Source of the DNA: Dehalococcoidia bacterium
Lineage (GTDB): Bacteria; Chloroflexota; Dehalococcoidia; Plut-88900
Assembly (NCBI GenBank): GCA_965249275.1
Contig: CBDFLQ010000002.1
Span: 1 to 35,817, forward strand
DNA: 35,817 nucleotides
Direction of reading: 5' to 3'
Shown here: piece by piece, positions 27,860 through 35,817 of the stretch
Numbering within the stretch: position 1 is the first letter of the stretch
Layout of the letters: each line of letters starts with the position of its first letter
Notes under the pieces: generated by a model
The model's input: only the letters and a program-made list of their open reading frames with translations
The model's database searches: none
Told to the model about the DNA's origin: nothing
Program-made: the position numbers and the translations under genes

Positions 27860-28201
27860 TCACCCTAGCCCTCTTACGCCAGAGGAGCACCTACGGCCCG
27901 CCGGAGGAGAGGGGCCAGTTCTTTCCCTCCACTCCCGGAATTAACCGGTTCCGGCCCACCTGACCTGTTTAATTGAACTATCGGCAATGCCGTACCGTGG
28001 CATTGCCGATAGTTCTTGGTAGAGGGAGGAGGGGAGGGCGGGCTGGACAAGCAAGGTGAGCGCGCAAGTCCTAGATTCCTCGCGGAGCCTCGGAATGACA
28101 GTGGAGGAGGGACTAGGTTGGAAGGTGGGGCGTACGCGACGGATTAACGGTACTTGGGCCGCCCCCACGCTCGACCCTTCGACTCAGCTCAGGATGAGCG
28201 G
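27860..28201. repeat. Cluster of REP-like palindromic elements between convergent genes
   Basis: CACCCTAGCCCTCT...GGAGAGGG (27861-27914); 17-bp perfect inverted repeat (27975-28015); AGATTCCTCGCGGAGCCTCGGAATGACA (28073-28100); CCCTTCGACTCAGCTCAGGATGAGCGG (28175-28201). Confidence 0.6.
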
Positions 28202-28266
28202 CCCAGCCCCGGGGAGGGCCACCACTAGGTATAGAGCCAAGTTCTCCGGTTAGACGGGACGTGTAG

Positions 28267-29409
28267 CTAGGCGCCGTTGATCATGCCGTAGAGGCGGGCG
28301 CAGTTGTCCCAGAGGATTTTGCGCTTGGAGTCGTCGGGGATGGGGAGTTTGAGGAACTCCTCGACGGCGTGGGGGTATTTGGAGTCGGTGTGGGGGTAGT
28401 CGGTGGAGAAGACAAAATTCTCGTCACCCGCCCAGTCAACGGCGTAAGCGGCGGGCTTTTCGTCGGCGTCGATGGAGACGTAGCCCTGGCGTTTAAAGTA
28501 CTCGCTGGGGGGCATGGAGATGTAGCCCTCGGTCCAATTGCGCCTCAACTCGTAGTGCTCGTCCATGCGCCAGAGCCAGAAGGGTATCCAGCTGGCGTTT
28601 CCTTCAAGGAACCCGACCCTGAGCTTGGGAAACCGCTCGAAAACGCCGCCTACACACATGCAGAGGCAGGCGTACATCTGCTCGATGGGGTGGCAGGCGA
28701 CGTGGGCCATGGTCCAGACCTTGTCCTGTTCCCGGAGGAACCTTTCGGCCATGGCCTGGGGAAGGTTGCTGCGGAAACCCTCATGAAAGATCATGGGCAC
28801 ATCCAAGTCTTGGCAGACGGCCCAAAGGGAATCGTAGACATCATCGTGCCAGTTGCGGTCGCGGAGGGGATTGGGTCGGGCGAAGACGCCCTTGAAGGCA
28901 AGGTCTTTGCGGGAGCGCTTAATCTCGGCAATGGCGTCGTCCACGTCCTCCAGGGTGATCATGGCCGCGCCATAGAGCCTGCCGGGGCCCTGGGAACAGA
29001 AGTCATAAAGCCAGTCGTTGTAGCCCCGTGAGACGGCGGAAGCCAAGGCCCGGTCGTTGAAATCTACGGCGCCTACGGCGAGGCCGCGGGTCGGGAGTAG
29101 GACGGCCGCTGTAAGGCCCTCGACGTCCATGGCGTGGACCTGGGAGACGGCGTCGAAGCCACGGGCTATGCCCTCGGGGAGCCTCTCGGACTGGAGTTTC
29201 TCGACTTCACGGTGAATTTGCTCTTCGCGGTTGTCCCTAACGCCTGTGTCCTGGGCGAAGCCTATGGGCTTGCCGTTGATCAGGGTGTTCATGTCCATCG
29301 GGTCTTTGGTGGCGCCGACGGGGGCTCGGTCCCGGAACTCGGGGGAGATGTAGTTGAGCCAGATGTCCCAAGGCTCGTGGACGTGCATGTCGCTGTCGAG
29401 AATCTTCAT
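28267..29409 (-). CDS. Amidohydrolase family 2 protein
   Basis: DSDMHVHEP, YNDWL, IFHE, FLEGNASW, FSTDYPH.D. Confidence 0.92.
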   Translation of the reverse strand: MKILDSDMHVHEPWDIWLNYISPEFRDRAPVGATKDPMDMNTLINGKPIGFAQDTGVRDNREEQIHREVEKLQSERLPEGIARGFDAVSQVHAMDVEGLTAAVLLPTRGLAVGAVDFNDRALASAVSRGYNDWLYDFCSQGPGRLYGAAMITLEDVDDAIAEIKRSRKDLAFKGVFARPNPLRDRNWHDDVYDSLWAVCQDLDVPMIFHEGFRSNLPQAMAERFLREQDKVWTMAHVACHPIEQMYACLCMCVGGVFERFPKLRVGFLEGNASWIPFWLWRMDEHYELRRNWTEGYISMPPSEYFKRQGYVSIDADEKPAAYAVDWAGDENFVFSTDYPHTDSKYPHAVEEFLKLPIPDDSKRKILWDNCARLYGMINGA

Positions 29410-29547
29410 AATCGTTACCCCCGATTCACTGCTAAGGGCCCCGAGGGAGTGGAGAGGGGAGGTAGTCGGGGCCTATCCGTTGCTTAATCGGCCAATGTAA
29501 TATAACGAACCGTGCGAAAGCCTACAGTTTTCGCCGGTGCAAGCCTC

Positions 29548-29988
29548 ATGCCCTATCAATACCACGAAGAGCTGCTGCTGCCCCACGCTCGGGAGCCGGT
29601 TTTCCACTTCTTAGCCTCTGCCGAGAACCTGAACCTCCTAACGCCACCGTGGGTCAGTTTTTCGATAGTGACGCCGACGCCGATAGAGATGGGCCTTGGA
29701 ACCATTATAGATTACAGGATCAGCCTATACCGGGTGCCGTTCAAGTGGAAGAGCGAAATCTCGGTGTGGGACCCTCCCTTCGAGTTCTGTGACTTCCAGG
29801 TCAGCGGGCCGTATCGGTATTGGCTGCATTGGCACACTTTCGAGGAGACGTCGGAGGGCACGCTGGTGACCGACCACGTCGACTATCGGGTGCCGTTCGG
29901 GTGGCCGGTCGAGCATCTATTCGTGGCGAAAGAGCTGCGTAGGATCTTCGGTTACCGGAGGAAGCGGCTGCTGGAGATATTTTCGTAG
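29548..29988 (+). CDS. SRPBCC family protein
   Basis: VFHF....ENL..LTPPW, GPYRYWLH.H.F, DHVDY..PFG, IFGYR; start could be GTG 29512. Confidence 0.85.
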   Translation: MPYQYHEELLLPHAREPVFHFLASAENLNLLTPPWVSFSIVTPTPIEMGLGTIIDYRISLYRVPFKWKSEISVWDPPFEFCDFQVSGPYRYWLHWHTFEETSEGTLVTDHVDYRVPFGWPVEHLFVAKELRRIFGYRRKRLLEIFS

Positions 29989-29997
29989 GGGGCGCTC

Positions 29998-31011
29998 TCA
30001 GGCGATCTGCTTTATCTTCTCTATAGCCTGCTTCACGCTATCGTCGGGCCCGTCCGGGAGGCCCAGGTCCACGCTGGAGGCCCATCCGCCGTACCGCTTC
30101 TCTATGAGGCCTGGAAGGGCGTCGTAGGAGCCGAATATGGCGAAGGCGTCGAGCATTTCGTCGGTAATGAGGGCGGTCATTTCTTGCCACATGCCCTTGA
30201 GGGATAGCCGGTGCAGCTCCAGGGTCACGTCTCCCCAGCCGTGGACGTCCATCACGGACTTGTAGGTGCGGGTGGAGGCGTAGAAGGCGATACGCTGACG
30301 TACGGCGGCGACTTGGGCATCGAGGTCTTTGCCGGGTGTCTCGGCGATTATGAAGCAGCCGCCGGTAACGGCCACGTCCTGCAGTGAACGGCCGGCCTTC
30401 TTAGCGCCCTCTTCGACCGTGGGCAACACAACCTCGTGGACGTATTTGGGGGTGCAGAAGCTGTGCAGCTGGACCCCGTCGGCCACCTCTCCACCCAATC
30501 GCAGCATGTATTTGTTCACGGCGGAAATGGAAATGGGGATGCGGGGCTGAGGGATGGGGCCGGGATCGAAGACGGGAATCATCAGGGTTAGGTTGTAGAA
30601 CTTACCGCGAAAGTTTAACGGCGTACCGTTCTGCCATGTGTCCCATACGGCCCTGAGTGAGGCGATGTACTCCTTGAGCCGGGGGCCGGGGGAGACCCAG
30701 GGGGTGCTGAAACGCCTTTCGTTGTGGCCCTTGACCTGAGTGCCAAGGCCCAGTTCGAATCTACCGCCTGCCAGTTGTTGTATGTTCCAGGCCATGTAGG
30801 CCGTGGTCATGGGGCTGCGGGGGAAGGCCACGGCGATAGCGGTCTTGATGCCGGCGTTTCGGGTGTGCTGTGCGGCCAGGGTGGAGGACAAGAAGGGGTC
30901 CAGGGTGAGTTCGGCGAGGGCGAGGGAATCGAATCCGAGGGCCTCGGCGCGGGTGGCCTGTTCAGCGATGTCAGAGAGTTTGTTGGTATCGAGGTGGGCG
31001 TTTACTTTCAT
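29998..31011 (-). CDS. LLM-class, probably F420-dependent oxidoreductase
   Basis: DPFL, IAVAFPRSP, ELGLGTQVKGHNERRFS, IAFYASTRTY. Confidence 0.88.
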   Translation of the reverse strand: MKVNAHLDTNKLSDIAEQATRAEALGFDSLALAELTLDPFLSSTLAAQHTRNAGIKTAIAVAFPRSPMTTAYMAWNIQQLAGGRFELGLGTQVKGHNERRFSTPWVSPGPRLKEYIASLRAVWDTWQNGTPLNFRGKFYNLTLMIPVFDPGPIPQPRIPISISAVNKYMLRLGGEVADGVQLHSFCTPKYVHEVVLPTVEEGAKKAGRSLQDVAVTGGCFIIAETPGKDLDAQVAAVRQRIAFYASTRTYKSVMDVHGWGDVTLELHRLSLKGMWQEMTALITDEMLDAFAIFGSYDALPGLIEKRYGGWASSVDLGLPDGPDDSVKQAIEKIKQIA

Positions 31012-31206
31012 GCTGGTTGGTCACCTAACACTAGGATAGAGCTAGAGGAAGGTTATCATGTCACGGGGGTAATGCAATCGGAGGGGGAGGGGCGTCGGAT
31101 TGACAGGCGACACCCCGTACGGGTAAGTTTTAGCGCGTAGAAGTGCGTGTAGACCATGTAGGTCTGATGCGAAGCCGGGTGCGGCGGCCACCGGCTAGAA
31201 GGTGCG

Positions 31207-31542
31207 ATGCAAGCTAAGATTGTTATAGAGCGCCATGTGCTGCCGGGCAGCGAGGCCCGGTCTCTGGATATCCTTGTGGAGATGAGGGCGATGGCAACCC
31301 GGCAGACCGGATATATTTCCGGAGAGACGCTTGTGGACGTGAGCAACCACGCGACGATGATAGTGGTAAGTACGTGGCGCAGTGTTCAGGACTGGCAGCG
31401 ATGGGCGGGGCACAGCGACCGCAGGCGTTTCGAAGACATGATACACCCGATGCTGGCCTCGTCCCCAATTGTTCACATTTGCGCCGACGCCGGTGAGTTG
31501 CGGGTCGGGGGTGGAGGGGCTTCGAGCCAACTCTTAATTTAA
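31207..31542 (+). CDS. Antibiotic biosynthesis monooxygenase (ABM) domain protein
   Basis: QTGYISGETL..., VVSTWRS..DWQRW; TTGACA-18 nt-TAAGTT upstream at 31100. Confidence 0.82.
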   Translation: MQAKIVIERHVLPGSEARSLDILVEMRAMATRQTGYISGETLVDVSNHATMIVVSTWRSVQDWQRWAGHSDRRRFEDMIHPMLASSPIVHICADAGELRVGGGGASSQLLI

Positions 31543-31600
31543 CGCCCCCGTCCTCCTACAGTACCTGACTTGCCCTTCTGATCCACCCAAAGGAACCCCC

Positions 31601-32350
31601 ATGGCCCTCAAAGACAAAGTGGTACTGATAACTGGTGCGAGCCGCGGGGTGGGGGAGGCCTTGGCGGTCGGGTTTGCGGCGGAAGGGGCGATAGTGGTTG
31701 CTACCGCCCGGACCCTGGCCCCGAACACGGGCGAGTGGCAAGGCTCTCTGGAAGAGACGGTTGAGCGGATTAAGGCGTCGGGGGGGAGGGCGCACGCGAT
31801 TGCGTGCGACGTCACCCAGGAAGCGGACGTGAAGTCGACGGTCGATAGGGTGCACTCGGAGATTGGGGCGGTGGACGTGCTGATCAACAATGCGGGCCTG
31901 TCGGTCAGGGGTTCGATAGTCGATATGTCGGTGGGCGATTTCGACCGGGTGATGACAGTGAACGTGCGTGGGCCGTTTTTGATGTGCAAATACATTGTTC
32001 CGACAATGCTCGAGCGGCGACAGGGAAACATCATCAACATCAGTTCAAGGAACGCTAATTGGAGTGAACCCAACCACATTGTTTACGGGGCGTCCAAGGC
32101 GGCGCTGGACCGGTTCAGCCTGAACATGGCCGAGGACCTGAAGCCCTACAACATAGCGGTAAACGCGATGAGCCCGGGGCTGGTGACTTCCTACATGACG
32201 CGCAACTGGAACCCGGACAACAATCCTCGGGGGCTGGTTATAGAGCCTGCCGAGGTTGTGGTGGCCTCGACGCTATGGTTGGCACAGCAGGACGCTTCGT
32301 TTACAGGCAAGGTGCTGCTGCGGAACGACTTCGGGAAGACTTGGCCATAG
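31601..32350 (+). CDS. Short-chain dehydrogenase/reductase
   Basis: TGASRGVG, NNAG, NISS, YGASK. Confidence 0.93.
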   Translation: MALKDKVVLITGASRGVGEALAVGFAAEGAIVVATARTLAPNTGEWQGSLEETVERIKASGGRAHAIACDVTQEADVKSTVDRVHSEIGAVDVLINNAGLSVRGSIVDMSVGDFDRVMTVNVRGPFLMCKYIVPTMLERRQGNIINISSRNANWSEPNHIVYGASKAALDRFSLNMAEDLKPYNIAVNAMSPGLVTSYMTRNWNPDNNPRGLVIEPAEVVVASTLWLAQQDASFTGKVLLRNDFGKTWP

Positions 32351-32360
32351 GGTTTCTACT

Positions 32361-32861
32361 ATGACCGCAAAACCGCAGGTTACTATTCACACCGACGGTG
32401 CCTGTATTGGCAACCCCGGGCGCGGTGGTTATGGAGTAGTGCTGCAATTCGGTGAACAGCGCAAGGAACTCAGTGGAGGATACCGCCTCACGACCAACAA
32501 CCGCATGGAACTGATGGGGCCGATAAAGGCCCTTCAGACTCTAAAACAGAGCTACGTCGTAATTCTCTACAGTGATTCCCGTTACGTCGTCGATGCCATA
32601 GAAAAGGGTTGGGTGGAGCGCTGGCGAGCCAAGGGTTGGATGCGCAACAAGAAGGACCGGGCCGTCAATCCAGACTTATGGAAGTGCCTCCTTGACCTCT
32701 GTTCAGAGCATGAAGTTGAGTTCCGCTGGGTACGAGGGCACGCCGGTAACCGCTATAACGAGCGTTGCGATCGGTTAGCAACGCAAGCCGCTCGTCAGAA
32801 GAATCTCCCGATAGATGAAGGCTACGAGTCACCGGTAATGGTACAACCTAGACTCCAGTAG
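32361..32861 (+). CDS. rnhA: Ribonuclease HI
   Basis: TDGACIGNPG, TTNNRMEL, SDSRYV, NPDLW, WVRGHAG...NERCD. Confidence 0.96.
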   Translation: MTAKPQVTIHTDGACIGNPGRGGYGVVLQFGEQRKELSGGYRLTTNNRMELMGPIKALQTLKQSYVVILYSDSRYVVDAIEKGWVERWRAKGWMRNKKDRAVNPDLWKCLLDLCSEHEVEFRWVRGHAGNRYNERCDRLATQAARQKNLPIDEGYESPVMVQPRLQ

Positions 32862-32965
32862 TCCTGTCTCCTGTCACAGAGAGTTCATTGCATCCAGTCG
32901 ATTCGTTACCTCCCGTACATAATCACCTATTCATTAAGAGTGATTCCCTTCTTTAGACCACTAAT

Positions 32966-32993
32966 TTGACACTGCCTACGCGGGTAGTACAAT
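32966..32993 (+). promoter_or_regulatory. sigma70 promoter of the amidohydrolase cluster
   Basis: TTGACA-16 nt-TACAAT. Confidence 0.6.
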
Positions 32994-33074
32994 CACCCTA
33001 TCCAATAGGTAAATCCCCCCATTTTGGGGCATTCCATATCAAGGCAGAGCGTCTGTTTTAGCCAGGAGGGCGAG

Positions 33075-34175
33075 ATGGCAAATTTGCAATTCATCTCCGC
33101 AGATTCCCACGTGCAGGAGTCCGATGAATTCATGATGAGGGTACCGGCACACTTTCGGGAGCGGCTTCCCCACAAGGAGATCATCGATGGGGGCGAGTAC
33201 GAGATAGTCGAGGGACGGAAGCCCAGGCGATTCGATGTGGCGGAGACCCGAATCAATGAGGATGATCTGAACCGCAATTTCCGAGAGGACCCGGATGGGG
33301 GGCGAAACATCAATCGGCGGCTCTCGGACCAGACCCGGGACAGCGTGGTGGGTGAGGTTATCTATTGCAACGCTCTTCTAACGTATCTCGGGTCTCCCGA
33401 CACGGAGTACCAGATGACGGTCGCCCGCACATACAATGACTGGGTGCACGAAATATTCGGAGAGCACCCCGACCGGTTCGCCCCAGCGGCCATCCTGCCG
33501 ACGCTAGACGTTCCCTCAGCGGTGGAAGAAGCCTACAGGCTGGCGAATATGGGGTTCAAGGTGGTCAGCAGCCCCATCGGCATCAAGAACCAGCCATACA
33601 ACCGCAAGGTGTACGAGCCGTTGTGGGATGTGCTGGAGGAGACCGGGCTGGTATTCAGCCTGCACTTCAACACAGGCACGGAGGACCACCTGCCGGACCA
33701 CGTGGGCGAGGAGGACGACGACAACGGATTCCTGCCCTATATGATCATCAGCATGGCGGAAGGGATTGAGCCCGTATCGCACATGCTGGCGTCGGGGGTT
33801 CCGATGCGGCACCCGGGGCTGGACTTCGTGGTGGTGGAGTGCGGGGCGGGGTGGTTGGCATGGGTGCTGTATGCGCTTGACGAGCAGTACCAGCGTAAGC
33901 ACATGTGGGTCGAGCCGAAGCTGGAGCTAGACCCGAGCGATTACTTCAAGAGGCAGGGCCATGCGACCTTCGGGGACGACCCGGTGGCGCTGGCGACACT
34001 GGACTACATCGGGGAGAAGGCGTTGCTCTGGGGCAGCGACTACCCGCACGACGAAGGCACATTCCCACACTCGAACGAGGTAATCGACCGGATATTCGAA
34101 GGGTATTCGGAGGACATCAAGCGCAAAGTAGTATTCCAGAACGCTGCGGAACTGTACGGGTTCCCGGTGAGCTAG
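33075..34175 (+). CDS. Amidohydrolase family 2 protein, copy A1
   Basis: AGGAGG RBS; ISADSHVQE, YNDW, SLH, VECGAGW, WGSDYPHDEGT. Confidence 0.93.
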   Translation: MANLQFISADSHVQESDEFMMRVPAHFRERLPHKEIIDGGEYEIVEGRKPRRFDVAETRINEDDLNRNFREDPDGGRNINRRLSDQTRDSVVGEVIYCNALLTYLGSPDTEYQMTVARTYNDWVHEIFGEHPDRFAPAAILPTLDVPSAVEEAYRLANMGFKVVSSPIGIKNQPYNRKVYEPLWDVLEETGLVFSLHFNTGTEDHLPDHVGEEDDDNGFLPYMIISMAEGIEPVSHMLASGVPMRHPGLDFVVVECGAGWLAWVLYALDEQYQRKHMWVEPKLELDPSDYFKRQGHATFGDDPVALATLDYIGEKALLWGSDYPHDEGTFPHSNEVIDRIFEGYSEDIKRKVVFQNAAELYGFPVS

Positions 34176-34186
34176 ACCAGACCAAG

Positions 34187-34340
34187 ATATCTGAGCTAAC
34201 CATAATCTCGGCCGACTCCCGTGCAATTGGGCCGGAGAAGACCTACGATCGGTTACCCGAAGAGTATCGTGCGAGTCCCCCGAACGAGGATGTTATGGAC
34301 GGGAAGTGTACCCTGGCATAGGACGGACATAGATTATCGC
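34187..34340 (+). pseudogene. Decayed 5' fragment of the amidohydrolase that starts at 35526
   Basis: ISELTIISADSRAIGPEKTYDRLPEEYRASPPNEDVMDGKCTLA*DGHR aligns without gaps to MPELAIISADSHSNEPEEIYDRLPAEYRARAPHEEVIDGKRYLVYDGQR. Confidence 0.85.
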
Positions 34341-34413
34341 CGTTCACTGGGGTATCTCGTCCATTAGGGCGTTCGCGTGAGGCTTGCGAGCCTCAAGTAT
34401 CGAGGAGGTAAGA

Positions 34414-35514
34414 ATGGCTGATTTGCGTTTCATATCCGCCGATTCCCACGTGCAGGAGAGCGACGAATTCAAGATGAGGGTCCCGGCCCAATTCCGGGAG
34501 CGGCTGCCCCACACGGAAGTCATCAACGGTGGTGAATATCAGATCGTGGAGGGGCGCAAGCCACGCAGGTACGACATTGCGGAGAGCCGGGTGGACGAAG
34601 ACGACATGAACCGGGAGTGGCGAGACGACCCGACGCAAGGACGGGACATCAAGCGCAGGCTGAAGGACCAGGACAGGGACACCGTGGCAGGAGAGGTGAT
34701 CTACTGCAACGACCTGCTTACCTACCTCGGGACTCCGGACACCGAATTCCAGATGACCGTGGCCCAGACTTACAACGACTGGATCCATGAGCTTTTCGGG
34801 AGCCGGGCGGACAGGTTAGCTCCTGCCGCGATCCTGCCGACCCTGGACGTCCCGGCAGCGGTAAAGGAAGCCTACAGGCTTGCCGAGCTGGGATTCAAGC
34901 TGGTCAGCAGCCCCATCGGCATCAAGAACCAGCCTTACAACCGCAAGGTGTACGAGCCGCTGTGGAAGGCGTTGGAGGAGACCGGGCTGGTATTCAGCCT
35001 ACACTTCAACACAGGCACAGAAGACCACCTGCCGGATAAAGTCGGCGAAGAGGACGATGACAACGGATTCCTGCCATACATGATCATCAGCATGGCCGAG
35101 GGTATAGAGCCGGTTTCCCATATGCTGGCATCAGGGGTGCCGATGCGGCACCCGGGGCTGGACTTCGTGGTGGTGGAGTGCGGGGCGGGGTGGCTGGCAT
35201 GGGTGCTGTATGCGCTGGACGAGCAGTACCAGCGCAAGCACATGTGGGTCGAGCCGAAGCTGGAGTTGAACCCGAGCGACTATTTCAAACGGCAGGGTCA
35301 TGCGACCTTCGGAGACGACCCCGTGGCCTTAGCAACGCTGGACTACATCGGCGAGACTGCGTTGCTCTGGGGCAGCGACTATCCCCACGACGAGGGGACA
35401 TTCCCCCACTCGGCGGAGGTCATCGACCGGATTTTCGAAGGGTATTCGGAGGACATCAAGCGCAAAGTAGTGTTTCAGAATGCCGCGGACCTGTACCGGT
35501 TCCCGGTGAGCTAA
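34414..35514 (+). CDS. Amidohydrolase family 2 protein, copy A2
   Basis: GAGGAGG RBS; same 1101-nt length and motifs as A1. Confidence 0.93.
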   Translation: MADLRFISADSHVQESDEFKMRVPAQFRERLPHTEVINGGEYQIVEGRKPRRYDIAESRVDEDDMNREWRDDPTQGRDIKRRLKDQDRDTVAGEVIYCNDLLTYLGTPDTEFQMTVAQTYNDWIHELFGSRADRLAPAAILPTLDVPAAVKEAYRLAELGFKLVSSPIGIKNQPYNRKVYEPLWKALEETGLVFSLHFNTGTEDHLPDKVGEEDDDNGFLPYMIISMAEGIEPVSHMLASGVPMRHPGLDFVVVECGAGWLAWVLYALDEQYQRKHMWVEPKLELNPSDYFKRQGHATFGDDPVALATLDYIGETALLWGSDYPHDEGTFPHSAEVIDRIFEGYSEDIKRKVVFQNAADLYRFPVS

Positions 35515-35525
35515 AGGAGACCCTG

Positions 35526-35817
35526 ATGCCGGAGCTAGCAATCATCTCGGCGGATTCTCACTCGAACGAGCCCGAGGAAATATATGATCGGCTGCCAGCC
35601 GAATACCGTGCCCGCGCTCCTCACGAGGAGGTAATCGACGGTAAGCGGTACCTGGTATACGACGGACAGAGGCCATCGCCCATGGAGGCGCCGCACCCGC
35701 TCAGTGAGGACGACATGCGTCGGTACTGGAGAGACGGGGAGGCACTGGGTCGCGTGCAGCACCGGGAAGGCGGGACACACATTCCGACACGCCTGGCGGA
35801 CCAAGTGGAAGACGGGG
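35526..35817 (+). CDS. Amidohydrolase family protein, truncated by the window end (absent from the ORF track)
   Basis: AAGGAG RBS, MPELAIISADSHSNEP...RLADQVEDG; open to the end of the window. Confidence 0.88.
   Translation, partial: MPELAIISADSHSNEPEEIYDRLPAEYRARAPHEEVIDGKRYLVYDGQRPSPMEAPHPLSEDDMRRYWRDGEALGRVQHREGGTHIPTRLADQVEDG

Noticed and set aside
31160-31202. Hammerhead-like CTGATG plus hairpin before the ABM gene
   Set aside because: Lacks the CUGANGA and GAAA core; only a simple AGCCGG/CCGGCT stem.

Overview
GC-rich bacterial chromosomal window. Gene content suggests Dehalococcoidia/SAR202-like Chloroflexota (inference): tandem paralogues of catabolic enzymes, an F420-type LLM, a T-box and a Gram-positive-type LexA box. 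In order: (1) a ring-hydroxylating dioxygenase alpha/beta pair plus a VOC gene, with the alpha gene broken by two in-frame stops; (2) tRNA-Ala(CGC); (3) a divergent catabolic cluster with three Ltp2/SCPx-like proteins, two DUF35 proteins, three family III CoA-transferases and two alpha/beta hydrolases; (4) inside that cluster, an unexplained ~0.7 kb stretch with no credible ORF, heavily self-complementary, behind a strong sigma70-type promoter carrying a LexA-like box (the best novelty candidate); (5) a retropepsin-like gene, a Sec-containing selD with a candidate SECIS, and a JAMM/Mec+ peptidase; (6) a Leu T-box-controlled ilvB-ilvN-ilvC-leuA-leuB-cimA operon; (7) a DUF4349/PKD lipoprotein, AKR, MBL hydrolase, a REP-like repeat cluster, amidohydrolase, SRPBCC, LLM, ABM, SDR and rnhA; (8) a 1339-bp tandem duplication of an amidohydrolase that left a decayed gene remnant. 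All calls come from reading motifs by eye; no database searches were run.
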